Source: Camelus dromedarius (taxonomy: Eukaryota). From it: 64,000 nt of DNA. The notes beneath the pieces were generated by a model. That model was not told the DNA's origin. It saw nothing but the letters and a program-made list of their open reading frames with translations, and ran no database searches. Positions 1 to 12,900 of the stretch are shown piece after piece. The stretch covers positions 100,132,001-100,196,000 of the forward strand of contig NC_087472.1 in the NCBI RefSeq assembly GCF_036321535.1, written 5' to 3'. The translations under genes were made by a program, and so were the position numbers. Positions within the stretch are counted from its first letter, which is position 1. Each line of letters opens with the position of its first letter.

Positions 1-2649
1 TCATAGATTCTTCACTAGCTTGATGCGTCGTGTGGCATAGAGAGTGCCCACTAGGCTTCCATATATTCCTCCACATTTCCCAATCTCCCTTGCACTTGGC
101 TTGGGTTCTTATGACCAGTGCTGCCCAATGAAATGTGAGCAGCATCCACAAGTGTCACTTTGAAAGCAACTGAGAAGGGTAGGTGGTACACCGCCTCCAC
201 CTCTCTTTGCCTCTGTCACAGCAAACTTGAAAGTTGTGTATTCAAGATGGCAGTGAAGACCCTGAAATTTGGGGAGTTTGTTGTGGCTGCATAGCCTAGC
301 TTATCCTGACTAAATTAGCTTGCTGTGCATTCTGCTGGAAATGCCTGGATGTGTCTCTCAACTAACTTTAATAGACTAATCCACATTGCTCCTGCTCAAG
401 AAAGAGCCTTAAAGACGTCTTAAGACTTCTTATAGTTTGGTGCATACTCTGTCCTCACTATTCTGGAAAATGCATAAAGTTCAAAGGAAGACAGTCTTAT
501 GGGACACATGGTTATGATGGTTGTAGAATGCACATTTTGTGTGCCATTTACACATGGTCAGGAGACTGGCCCAATCTATTTCCACCAGAATATAAGGGCA
601 ATAATATAAGTAAACATTGGTGAGTGAAATCATCAACTTAGCAGTTCAAGTCAGAAACCTAGGAGTCAGTCTTGACTCCATCCCCTCCCTCATTGCCAAA
701 TCCAGTCTATTTCTTCCAAATGGTTCACTTCTCCCTACTTGCCCCTTCCACCATCTTGGTCCAAGTGTTGGCTTCGCTTGTCTAGGTTACTGGCAACAGC
801 TTTGGTCTTTCAGTGTTGGGCCAATCTTGGTACATTCTAGTCCATATCATCTGCTTAGAAGCCACCACATCCTGGCACCGTCTGCCACCTGGCAGTCCTC
901 TGCCCAAAACCTATTCAGCCTTCACATCTCAGGTCTTTAAGGAAGCCTCCATGGACTCCTCCTCACTCTCTGTCAGCTTTTATACACACTGCAGTTTTCT
1001 TTCCTAGCAAGTAAAACAATTGTGATTAAATAATTATTGATTGAATAATTGATCTTCTACCAGACAGCGAACTCTTCAATAGCAGGGAACCAGATGCAGT
1101 TTCCTTTGCTACTCTGATTCCTAGGAATATCTATCCAGCTCCTTTTTAGAATAACTCTCAGTGGATACAGGTGACCCTTGGTTTCTCCTATTGAGATGAA
1201 GCAAAACTTGTTGGGTACCCTCAAAAGGAAATTCGAGTGGTTTCCTCTAGAAAGCATGTTGAAAATGATGGCCAGGTGTAGATAGAATGCGACTGTGATT
1301 TTATTAAAAAAGTAAGATACATCGTAATGACACATTTCTCGGCCTGAACCTTTCACCCAGGTGGTACGTATCCAGTAGAAGAGACTAGAAGAACTGACAT
1401 CAGGCACACTGGAATGGAAACAGTGGTTTGAATTGTGTGCTGTGAATACTCGCTCTTACTGTTCGTCCACATTTTCTGTAATGTTTATTTTCTAAAATAG
1501 ACATGAGATTTTATTTTGAGTAAGTGCAGTAGGAGATTAAAGATGGGGTTGTAAGTCAGAATCCTTCTTCCTCTCTCCCTCCCTCCTTGCTGGCTTGGTC
1601 AGGCCCAGGCAATGCTGACCGTACTCCCAGGGACCAGACCACACGAGCCCCCGGCCGGACCTCAGCTGTCCTCTGCTGGACTTGGCTGCTGGCTTGCCCA
1701 TGGGGGCCCTTCCCTGAGCCTCCTTCCTTTTGAACTGTTGTTACTGCTACTGATTCAGCACTGAGCCTGGAACTTTCCTCAACTCTTAATCACATGAACT
1801 GGCTGATGAGAGAAGCGTTACACCTGTAGCATTTTTTAAATTGAAGTATAGTTGATGTACAGTATTACATGTTTCGGGTGTACAATATAATGATTCACAA
1901 CTTTTAAAGGTTATACTCCGTTTATAGTGATTAGAAAATATTGGCTATATTCCCCATGTGGTACAATAAATCCTTGTGGTTTGTTTTATACATAATAGTA
2001 TAGTTGCTGTTTGAGCCTTGTGTGCATGCAGTGGGTAGATAGATATTTGTGGACTGGCCTGCTGCATTATTGGCTATATATTATTTGTTACAGGGGAAAA
2101 TGTATTTTTGGTTCCCAGCAGTCACCTTACAGACATACTTTTGGGATACGAGCCATAAACTATTTTTTCAAGTGTTCTGAGTATCAGGCTTTGAGATAGG
2201 GGCTATTGAAACCCCAGTCGAATAGTATAGTTGGGAGAGGACTGAACTCCTGCAAAAGCAGCTGAAAAACTTCGCCTCCTAGTGCCTTGCACAGATCTTG
2301 AGCTCCTGGGTGTGACAGTGCTTGGCAAAGATGCCTGGCGGTTATTGGGTTTGGTTGTTGGTGGAGCGTTGTAGAGCAGGAAGGAGCTGGGTGGTGGACC
2401 TTGGCAGGGAATAGAGGTCACTCAGGAATTGGGGTCTGCGGGATGGCAGCCCAGGGGCCAGGCAGATTTGGACACGGAGCTGCAAGGGAAAAGCAGGAGC
2501 ATTAGATGTAGATGATTTTTTTCTCCTCTTCGACTTTTTTTTATGGAAAATTTCAAACATGTCCACTACCCAGCTTCAACAATTACTAACATTCTGCCAT
2601 TTTTATTTCTTCTTGACCTCTACCCACTCCTCATCTCATATTTAAATAA

Positions 2650-3085
2650 TACTTTTAAACATTTTAATGTAAAATGTATGTACATTGAAATGTACACATC
2701 TTAGTTGTACAACTGAGAAATGACCAAACCCTATCACGATATAGTTTCCATCTGCCCAGAAAGTTCCCTAATGTCCCCTTTGGTTCATTACCCTTTCCAC
2801 TCCCATTCCTGGCCCCAGGCAATGACATATGCTGTCACTTTAGGTTAGATTTGCTTTTTCTAGAGTTTCGTAGGTGGACTCAGTGTGTGTTTTTCAGTGT
2901 CTGGCTTCCTTTGCTCAGTGTGGCTTTTTTGAGATTCATCCATATTGTTGTATGTTATCAGGAGTTTGTTCCTTTTTAATGCCAAGTACTACTGCATTGC
3001 ATGAAAATACCATTGTTGGTTTAGCCATTCTCCTGTTGAAGGACATTTTGGTTATTCCCAGTTTGGGGCTATTACAAATAAAGCT
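2650..3085 (-). mobile_element. Old L1M 3' end; resumes at about 4607-4920
   Basis: Typical L1M 3' motifs (tctggcttcctttgctcag...gagattcatccatattgttg; gggctattacaaataaagctgctat). Confidence 0.75.
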
Positions 3086-3215
3086 GCTATGCTATTTACA
3101 GTAGCCAAGACATGGAAGCAACCTAAATGTCCATCAACAGATGACTGGATAAAGAAGTTGTGGTATGTTTATACAATAGAATACTATTTGGCCATAAAAA
3201 AGAATGAAATAATTC

Positions 3216-4606
3216 CTTGTTTTTTTTTGAAGGGCTACATTTGCTCTTGTACATAATTTTTTTAAATTGAAGTACAGTCATTTACAATGTATCAATTCCT
3301 GGTGTACAGCACAGTGTCCCAGTCATGCATATACATATATTCATTTTCATATTCTTTTTCATTAAAGGTTATTACAAGATATTGAACATAGTTCATTGTG
3401 CTATACAGAAGAACATTTTTTAAAGTTTCTATATATAGTGGCTAACATTTGTAAATCTCAAACTCTCAAATTTATCCCTTCCCACCCCCTTTCCCCAGTA
3501 AACATAAGATTGTTCACTATGTCTGCCAGTCTGTTTGTTTTGTAGATGAGTTCATAGTGTCCTTTTTTTTTCTTTTTCCACATATGAATGATATCATATG
3601 GTATTTTTTTTCTCTTTCTGGCTTACTTCACTTAGAATGACAATCTCTAGGTCCATCCGTGTTGCTGCAAATGGCATTCTTTTATTATTTTTAAGGCTGA
3701 GTAGTATTCCATTGTATAAATATATCACAACTTCTTTATCCAGTCATCTGTTGATGGACATTTAGGTTGCTTCCATGTCTTGGCTATTGTAAATAATGCT
3801 ACTATGAATATTGGGTTACAGGTGTCTTTTTGAATTAGAGTTCCTTCTAGATATGTACCCATGAGTGGGATTGCTGGATCATATGGTAAGTCTATTTTTA
3901 GTTTTTTGAGGAATCTCCATACTGTTTTCCATAATGGCTGCACCAAACTGCATTCCCACCAGCAGTGTAGGAAGGTTCCCTTTTCTCCACACCCTCTCCA
4001 GCATTTGTCATTTGTGGACTTTTGAATGATGGCCATTCTGACTGGTGTGAGGTGATATCTCATTGTAGTTTTGATTTGCATTTCTCTGATAATTAGTGAT
4101 ATTGAGCACTTTTTCATGTGCCTATTGACTATTTGTGTGTCTTCAGTGGAGAATTTCTTGTTCAGGTCTTCTACCCATTTTAGAATTGTTTTTTTGTTGT
4201 TGTTGTTATTGAGTTGTATGAGCTGTTTATATATTCTGGAAATTAAGCCTTTGTCAGTCACATCATTTGCAAATATTTTCTCCCATTTTGTAGGTCGTTT
4301 TGTTTTGCATATGGTTTCCTTTGCTGTGCAAAAGCTTATAAGTTTAATTAGGTCCCATTTGTTTATTTTTGCCTTTATTTCTGTTGCCTGGGTAGACTGC
4401 CCTAGGAGAACATTCCTGAGATTTATGTCAGAGAATGTTTTGCCTACGTTTTCTTCTAGGAGGTTTATCATGTCTTGTCTTATATTTAAGTCTTTAAGCC
4501 ATTTTGAGTGTATTTTTGTGTACAGTGTGAGGGAGTGTCCTAACTTCATTGATTTATATGCTGCTGTCCAGGTTTCCCAACACCACTTGCTGAGGAGACT
4601 GTTCAA
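3216..4606 (-). mobile_element. 5'-truncated, relatively young LINE-1 (ORF2 C-terminus and 3' UTR)
   Basis: Open 293-aa frame at 3725-4606 with [17 protein letters not shown] (ORF2 cysteine-rich domain). Cetartiodactyl-type 3' end (ttttaaattgaagtacagt) and poly(T). Confidence 0.93.
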
Positions 4607-5664
4607 TTGACTTGTCTTATTATTGAGTTAGAAGATGTTCTTTATTCCAGATTCAAGTGCTTTGTCAGAAGTATATTTTCTGAACAATTGCTCCCTGACT
4701 GTGGCTTGCTTATTCATCTGCTTGTGCATTTGATGAGCAGAAAATTTTAATCTTGATTAAATCTAATTTAGGATCTTTTCCTATTAAGGTGGCCTTCTGT
4801 GTCCTCTATAAGAAATCTTTGCCTACTTCCAGCTTGTGGTTTTGCAGATACTCATCTGTGTGTTATTCGAAAAGCTTTATAGTTTTAGCTTTTACATTGA
4901 GGGCTGTGATTCATTTCAACTTAGATTTGACACAGGGGACTTTGGATAAACCATGCCTGACACCTTGCCTCAAGCATCTAGGAGATGGGTCTTGCCCCAG
5001 GATGAGTCCTCCAGGCACTTTGAATCTACTTGGCAGGACCATGGCTGCCTCCTTTTCATCTCACCATTCAGGAAAGTACACGAAATGCAGGTTGTCCTTT
5101 AGGCAAATTGTCTTTCTGCCTTCCAGGGTAAAAACTGACAAAACAGATCCATGATGAAACTGTACCACCCTGTGTTCCATTGTTGTGACCCACTGCCTCT
5201 GGTAATATGAGTGGCAGAAGAGAAAGGACATTGGTTTTACGGCTCAGGTTTTAATTTTTGCCCTGTCATTTATTGGCTGTGTGACCTTGGATAACTTATG
5301 TAACATCTCTGAGCCTCATTTAAAAAATCTCTAGGTAGAGATTGAAGCACAGTGCCCTGAACTTAGTAAGTGCTCAGATGTCAGTTCCCCCATGTGTTTG
5401 TCTTCCTCTTGCTCCCAGCAGTGAACACACCAGAACCTCAGTATGGAAGGAAATGTGGTTTGTGAAATAATAAAGACTAGGGGCTCAAATCCTTTGGACA
5501 ATCATGTAGTAGGGTCACCTTCTATTCCTGCAATTGGTAAACAAACAACAACAACAAAAAATCCCCAAGTTTGAGGTTGGAGATTCCATTCTAACTTCAT
5601 TCCTGGTCCTGTGCTGAAGAATGGAGGTGAGGAAAAAGCACAAAACCCTGCTTTGATAAGCTCT

Positions 5665-6745
5665 TTATTTTTTTTTCTTTTGATTGAGGTACAGCATATA
5701 TATAGAAAAGGGTACAGTTTTAAGTGTACTGCTCTATGAATTTTCACAAATGGTACACACTGTGTAACCCAGCACCTGGATCAAAAAAGTGAATGCCAGC
5801 AGCACCTTGGAATGTGATTGCTTCTGTTTTCCAGCCTGGCCAAGAGTGAAGATTATCTGCCTCCATAGATTTGTTTATTCGTATAAACAGAATCATGTGA
5901 TAGTGGTTTTCGGTGACTGTCTTCTTTCACTTAAAATTTCAAGATTCATCCATGTTGTAGCATATATCAGTACTATGTTACTTTTTTTGCTACTGAATAA
6001 TGCTCTGTTGTATAGATGACACTGTACTGTATTTTTCCATTCTTCAATTGATGGGCATTGGGTTTGTTTCCAGTTTTGGCTGTTGTGAGTAATTGTTCAA
6101 CTTTTGTGTGGACATATGTTAGAATTTCTCTTGAATACCTGCCTAGCAGTGGGATTTCTGGGTCATATGGTAACTCTAATGTTTTTTTTTTTAATAGACT
6201 TTATTTTTTTTTTAGAGTAGTTTCATGTTTAGAGCAGAGTTGAGCAGAAAAATACGGAGTTCCCACATAGCCCTCCCCGCCCACACATATATGCTCCCCT
6301 TCCCTCAACATCCCTCATCAGTGTGGCATATTTGGTGCAATTGATGAACCAACATGGACACATTATTATCAACCAAAGTCCATAGTTTACCTTAGGGTTC
6401 ACTCTTGATGTTGTACATTCTATGTGTTTTGACAAATGCATAATGACATGTAGCCACCACTATAGTAACATACAGAATAATTTCATCGCCCTAAAAATCC
6501 CTTGTGCTCCATCTGTTCATTCCTCCCTCCCTCCCTCTCCCCAAACCCCTGGAAACCACGATCTTTTTATTGTTTCTGTAGCTGTGCCTTTTCCAGAATG
6601 TCATTTGGTTGGAATCGTACAGTTTGTAGCCTTTTCAGACTGGCTTCTTTCATTTAGTAATATGTCTTCTAAGTTTCTTCCATGTCTTTCATGGCTTGAT
6701 AGCTCATTTTTTTTCACTCCACATATATTTTTTAATTTACATATA
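5665..6745 (-). mobile_element. Two nested or adjacent old L1M 3' ends (second, L1MC/MD-like, from about 6184)
   Basis: Poly(T) starts followed by L1M 3' UTR motifs (ttaatagactttatttttt...gagttcccacatagccc...ttccagaatgtcat). Confidence 0.7.
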
Positions 6746-8456
6746 TGTACTGTTCATTGTTTCTAAGAACGTTTAGAGCTTTAGCTTTTTAAATTTACAT
6801 AGTTATCAAAGGAATAAAGCCAACCACAAAATAAGAGTTAACTCAGAAAGATACATACACCCTGCTGTTAACAGCAACATTATTTATAATTGCCAAGATA
6901 TGGGAGCATCCTAAGTTTACATCAATAGTTGAACAGATAATGGAGATGCAGCACACATATATGTAATGGAATACAGCTCACCATAAGAAAGAAGGATACT
7001 TTGCCATTTGCGGCCCTTCACTCACTTTATTTTTTTGCACTTCAAAAAGCAGAATTTTATAACCGGCAGAAACATTTCCATTACATCAAAAACAACAAAA
7101 TACCTAGAAATAAACTTAACCAAGGAGGTTACCCATACTCTGAAAACTGAAATGACACAAAGAAATGGAAAGATTTCTCATGCTCTTGGATTGGAAGAAT
7201 CAACACTATCAAAATGGCCACACTACCCAAAGCAATCCACAGATCCAGTGCAACCGCCATCAAAATACTCACGACATTCCTCACAGAGCTAGAACAAACA
7301 ATTCCAAAGTTTATAAGGAACCACTAAAACCCCCGAACTTTTGTAGGTCTTGTTTTCCTCTTTCTTCCTTTTGTTCTCTTTTCTTTTGGTTTGATGGCTA
7401 GAGAAGGTCCTTTAACATTACTTGTAAAGCTGGTTTGGTGGTGCTGAAATCGTTTAGCTTTTGTTTACCTGTGAAGCTTTTGATTTCTCCATCAGGTCTG
7501 AACGAGAGCCTTGCTGGAAAGAGTGTTCTTGGTTGTAAGCTTTCCCCTTTCATCACTTTAAATATGTCGTGCTACCCTTTCTGGCCTGTAGAGTTTCTGC
7601 TGAAAACTCAGCTGATAACCTTATGGGAGTTCCCTTGTATGTTATTTGTTGCTTTTCTCTTGCTGATTTTAATATTTTCTCCTTATCCTTAATTGTTGTC
7701 AGTTTGATAACTACGTGCCTTGGTGTGTTCCTCTTTGGGTTGATTTTGTGTGGTACTCTCTGCGCTTCCAGGACTTGAGAGACTGTTTCCTTTCCCAAGT
7801 TGGGAGAGTTTTCAGTGATGATCTGAGAAAATTTTTGGAGAGATCCTTTCTCTCTCTCTTCTCTTCCTGGGACCTCTATAATGTGAATATTAGAGCGCTT
7901 CATGTTTTCCCAGTTCTCTTAAACTATCCTCATTCCTATTTATTCTCTTTTCTGTTTTCTGTTCTGCCATAGTGATTTCCACTGATCTGTCTTCTAGCTC
8001 ACTGATCCATTCTTCTGCCTCATGTAGTCTATTTTTGGTTCCTTCTAGTGTGTTATTCATTTCAGTGATTTTATTCTTCAACTCTGTTTGGGTATTCTTT
8101 ATATTTTCCAACTCTTTGCTAAAGACTTCACTCTGTGCATCTATACTCCTCTGGAGTTCTCTGAACATCTTCGCCATCATTACTTGAAGCTCTTTCTCAG
8201 ATAAATTGCCGGTCTCCTCATCACTTATTTCTTCTTCTGGGATTTTATCTTGTGCCTTGGCCTGGGAGATAGTCCTTTGCCATCTCATACCGTCTGTCTT
8301 TCTATGTGTTTGTGGACTCCTTCCACAGGCTTTGGGATAGTTGTTTTCTTATTTCTAGTATCTGCCCCTGGTGGGTGAGGGTGGACTAGAGGCTTATGCA
8401 GGGTTCCTGGCAGGAGGAGCCGGGGCCTGCCCACTGCTGGGTGAAGCTTGGTCCTG
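6746..8456. mobile_element. Rearranged LINE-1 mosaic: atypical tail (-), two ORF2 pieces (+), ORF1 and 5' UTR (-)
   Basis: 6750-6843 matches the tail of the 10-15 kb L1. About 6843-7008 and 7070-7338 are + strand ORF2 segments (KYLEINLTKEV). 7339-8456 is - strand ORF1 (track ORFs 7553-7903 and 7890-8288). Confidence 0.85.
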
Positions 8457-8469
8457 GCAACTCTAACGT

Positions 8470-9600
8470 TCCTTTAAAAATTTCTATTGTGATAAAAAAC
8501 ACACCATAAAATTTACCATCTAACCATTTCTAAGTGTACAGTTCAGTAATCTTAAATTCATTCATATTATTGTGTAGCCAATCTCCAGAACTTTTCATCT
8601 TATAAAACTGAAACTCTGTACCCATTAAACAACAACTCCCCACCCTGCCCTCCCCTGAGCTTCTGATAACCACCATTCTACTTTCTGTCTGAGATGGACG
8701 ACTCTAGCTACCTTATGTAAGTGGAATCATACAGTATTTGTGTGTGTGTGTGTGTGTGTGTGTGTGACTCTTCATTTAGCATAATGTCCTCAAGGTTCAT
8801 CCATGTTGTAGCATGTATCAGAATTTCCTTTTTTATGGCTGAAAAATATTCTGCTGTATGGATAGACTACAGTTTGTTTATCCATTCATTCATTGATGGA
8901 CACTTGGGTGCATACACTTTTTATTTAACCATTTAAAGAACTGCTTTCCAAACAACTTTACTAAAGCAGCTGCACCACTTAACATTCATATCAGCAACAT
9001 ATGAGTATTCCAATTTCACCACATCATCACCAACACTTGTTATTTTCTGCCTTTTGAAAAAATTACAGCTATCCTAGTGGGTTTGAAGTAGTATCTCTTT
9101 GTGGTTTTGATTTGCGTTTCCCTAATGACTAAGAATGTTCAATGTCTTTTCATGTGTTGGTTGGCCATTTGTATATCTTCTTGGGAGAAATGTCTGTTCA
9201 AGTCCTTTGTCTATTGTTTTCTAGTTAGGTTGTTATCTTGTTATTGAGCTGTAAGAATTGTTTATATAATTTGGAGAGAAATCCCTTCTCAGATATATGA
9301 TTTGCAAATATTTTCTCCCTTTCTGTGGTTTATCTTTTAACTTTCCTTTTTTGGGGTGGAGGGAGGTAATTAGGTCCATTTGTTTTTAGAGGAGGTACTG
9401 GGGATTGAATCCAGGACCTCGAGCATGCTAAGCATGCGCTCTAGCACTTGGAGCTGTACCCTCCCCGCTGCTTTTAACTTTCTTGATACTGTGCTTTAAT
9501 GCAAAAGTTTTTAATATTGAAGCCCAGTTTCTCTATTTTTATCTCATCTATGCTGTTTGCTCTAATTTATTTTTAGTTTCCTAATGATCCTTATAGTGTT
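8470..9600 (-). mobile_element. Old L1M 3' fragments with a (TG)n microsatellite at about 8739-8766
   Basis: L1MA/MB-type motifs (cataaaatttaccatc, gtggaatcatacagtatttg, gtggttttgatttgcgtttccctaatgact). Confidence 0.7.
9346..9470 (-). mobile_element. tRNA-derived SINE, camelid Vic-1-like
   Basis: Reverse complement reads GGGGAGGGTACAGCTCCAAGTGCTAGAGCGCATGCTTAGCATGCTCGAGGTCCTGGATTCAATCCCCAGTACCTCC, with A and B boxes. TSD CTTTTAACTTTC at 9334-9345 and 9471-9482. Confidence 0.9.
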
Positions 9601-9986
9601 CATTTATGTCTGTTGTCAGCAAGCTACAGCCTGCAAGCTGGCTGCCTTTATTTTCTAAGTAAGGTTCCATTGGAACATACCCTTTCATCTGTGGCCACTT
9701 TTGGGCTACAAAAAGAGATTATGTGGCCCACAAAGCCGGAAGTATTTACTATCTGGTCCTTTACAGAAGTTTGACCATTTCTGCTGTGTAAATACAAGCA
9801 CATTCAAGTATACATTCTTCCCTTTCTTACTCAAAAGGTACCAGACCAAATGCATTGTTACACACCTTGCTGTTTTCCATTAACAGTTTGGACACCTTTC
9901 TAAATCAGAATATAGGAATCTTCCTTCTTTTTTATAGCTAAATAGTACTTCATTGGGTGGATGTATCATTGTTTATTTTACCAATA

Positions 9987-12900
9987 CTTTTTTGTTTATT
10001 TTATTTATGTTCATTTTTCAGTTTTATTAGGTAGATTGTTACAATTTGACTGCACATATACAATATATTGCATGTAAATACATATATACAATATACTTAA
10101 CATTTTTTTTAGTTTATATATAAGTACTGATCATTGTTTCTAAGAATGGTTTAGAGCTTTAGCTTTTCAAACTTACATAGTCATCTAAGGGGTAAAGCCA
10201 ACCACAAAATAAGAATGAACAGAATGCAATAATCCGATCATAAAGGACAGTCAAATGTGCTTACACATATTCAAGAAATCAATCATTTAAGTTATAAATA
10301 ATAAGTGGTTCATTTGTGTCCTTTCCTTTTAGATTCCACATATGAGCGATCTCATATGATACTTTTCTTTTCTATTTCCAGTTCACTTCACTTAGAATGA
10401 CAATCTCCAGGTCCATCCATGTTGCTGCAAATGGCATTCTTTTATTCTTTTTCATGGCCGCATAGTATTCCACTGTATAAATGTACACCACAACTTCTTT
10501 ACCCAGTCGTCTGTTCCCCACACCCTCTCCAGCATTTATCATTTGTGGACTTTTGAATGATGGCCATTCTGGCTGGTATTAGGTGATATCTCATTGTAGT
10601 TTTGATTTGCATTTCTCTGACAATTAGCGATGCTGAGCATTTTTTCATGCGCCTATTGGCCATTTATGTGTCTTTATTGGAGAATTGCTTGTTTAGGTCT
10701 TCTGCACATTTTTGGATTGGGTTGCTTATTTTTTTGATATTGAGTTGTATGAACTGTTTGTATGTTTTGGAAATAAGTCCCTTGTCAGTCACATCATCTG
10801 CATATATTTTCTCCCATTCTGTAGGTTGTCTTTTCATTTTGTTGATGATATCCTTAGCTGTGAAAACCTTTTAAGTTTAATTATATCCCATTTGTTTATT
10901 TTTGCTTTTATTTCCATTACTCCAAGAGCTGGTTCAAAAAATATATTGCTGTGATTTATGTCCAAGAGTGTTCTGCCTATGTTCTCCTCTAGGAGTTTTA
11001 CAGTATCTGGTCTTACATTTAAGTCCTTAATTCATTTTGAGTTTATTTTTGTATGTGGTGTTAGAGAATATTCTAATTGCAGTCTTTGACAGGTAGTGTC
11101 CAGTTTTCCCAGCACCACTTATTGATAAGACTATCTTTTCACCATTGTATATTCTTGCCTCTTTTGTCATAGATTAATTGACCATAAGTGCATGGGTTTA
11201 TTTTTGGACTTTCTATCCTGTCCCATTGATCTATGTGTCTGTTTTTGTGCCAGTACTGTACTGTTTTGATTACTGTAGCTTTGTAGTATAGTCTGAAGTC
11301 AAGGGAGTGTGATTCCCCCAGCCCCGTTCTTCTTTTTCAAGATTGTTTTGGCTATTTGGGGTCTTTTGTGTTTTCATACAAATTTTAATATTTTTTGTTC
11401 TAGCTCTGTGAAGAATGTCATTGGTAATTTGATAGGGATTGCATTGAATCTGTATGTTGCCTTGGGCAGTATGGCCATTTTAACAATATTGGTTCTTCCA
11501 ATCCAAGAACACAGTATATCTTTCCATTTGTTTATGTCACCTTCAATTTCTTTCATCAATGTCTTATAGTACAAGTCTTTTGCCTACTTGGGTAGGTTTA
11601 TTCCTAGGTATTTTGTTCTTTTTGGTGGGATGGTAAATGGTGTTGTTTCTTTAATTTCTTTTCCTACTATTCCATCGTTAGTGTATAGAAATGCAACTGA
11701 TTTCTGTATATTAATTTTGTATCCTGCAACTTTACCAAATACATTGATGACTTCTAGTAGTTTTCTGGTCACTTCTTTAGGGTTTTCTATGTATAGTACC
11801 ATGTCATCTGCAAACAGTGACAGTTTTACTTCTTCATTTCCAATTTGGATTCATTTTATTTCTTCTCTGATTGCTGTGACTAGGACTTGCAAAACTATGT
11901 TGAATAAAAGTGGTGAGAGTGGGCATCCTTGTCTTGTTCCTGATCTTAGAGGAAATGCTTTCAGCTTTTCCCCATTAAGTATGATGTTAGCTGTGGGTTT
12001 ATCATATATGACCTTTATTATGTTGTGGTGAATGTTCTGTCTCTGCCCACTTTCTGGAGAGTTTTTTTTTTTTATCATAAATGGATGTTGAATTTTATCA
12101 AAAGCTTTTTCTGCATCTATTGAGGTGATCGTATGGTTTTTATTCTTTAATTTGTTAATGTGGTGTGTCACATTGATTAGTGGATATTGAAAAATCCTTG
12201 CATCCCTGGGATAAATCCCAGTTGATTATGGTGTAGGATCCTTTTAATGCATTATTGGAATTGATTTGCTAGTATTTTGTTGAGGATTTTTGCATCTATA
12301 TTCATAAGTGATATTGGCCTGTAATTTTCTTTTTTTGTGATACCTTTGTCTGGTTTTGGTATCAGGGTGATGGTGGCATCATAGAATGAATTTGGAAGTG
12401 TTCCTTCCTCTGCAATTTTTTTGGAATAGTTTCAGAAGAATAGGTGTCAACTCTTCTCTAAATGTTTGGTAGAATTCACCCGTGAAGCCATCTGGTCCTG
12501 GACTTTTGTTTGTTGAGAGTTTTTAAATTACTGATTCAATTTCAGTACTGGTAATTGGTGTATTCACATTGTCTATTTCTTCCTGGTTGAGTCTTGGGAG
12601 ATTGTACCTTTCTAGGCAATTGTCCATTTCTTCTATGTTGTCCTTTTTGTAGGCGTATAGTTGCTCATAGTAGCCTCTTATGATCCCTTGTATTTCTGTG
12701 GTGTTGGTTGTAACTTCTCCTTTTTCATTTCTGATTTTATTAATTTGAGCCCTCTCCTTTTTTTTTTTTGATGAGTCAGACTAAAGGTTTATCAATTTTG
12801 TTTATCTTTTCAAAGAACCAGATTTATTTTCATTGATCTTTTCTATTTTCTTTAGTCCCTATTTCACTTATTTCTGCTCTAATCTTTATGATTTCTTTTC

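Noticed and set aside
3725..4606. Longest ORF in the window (293 aa) as a novel gene
   Set aside because: It is the C-terminus of L1 ORF2 in a 5'-truncated copy.
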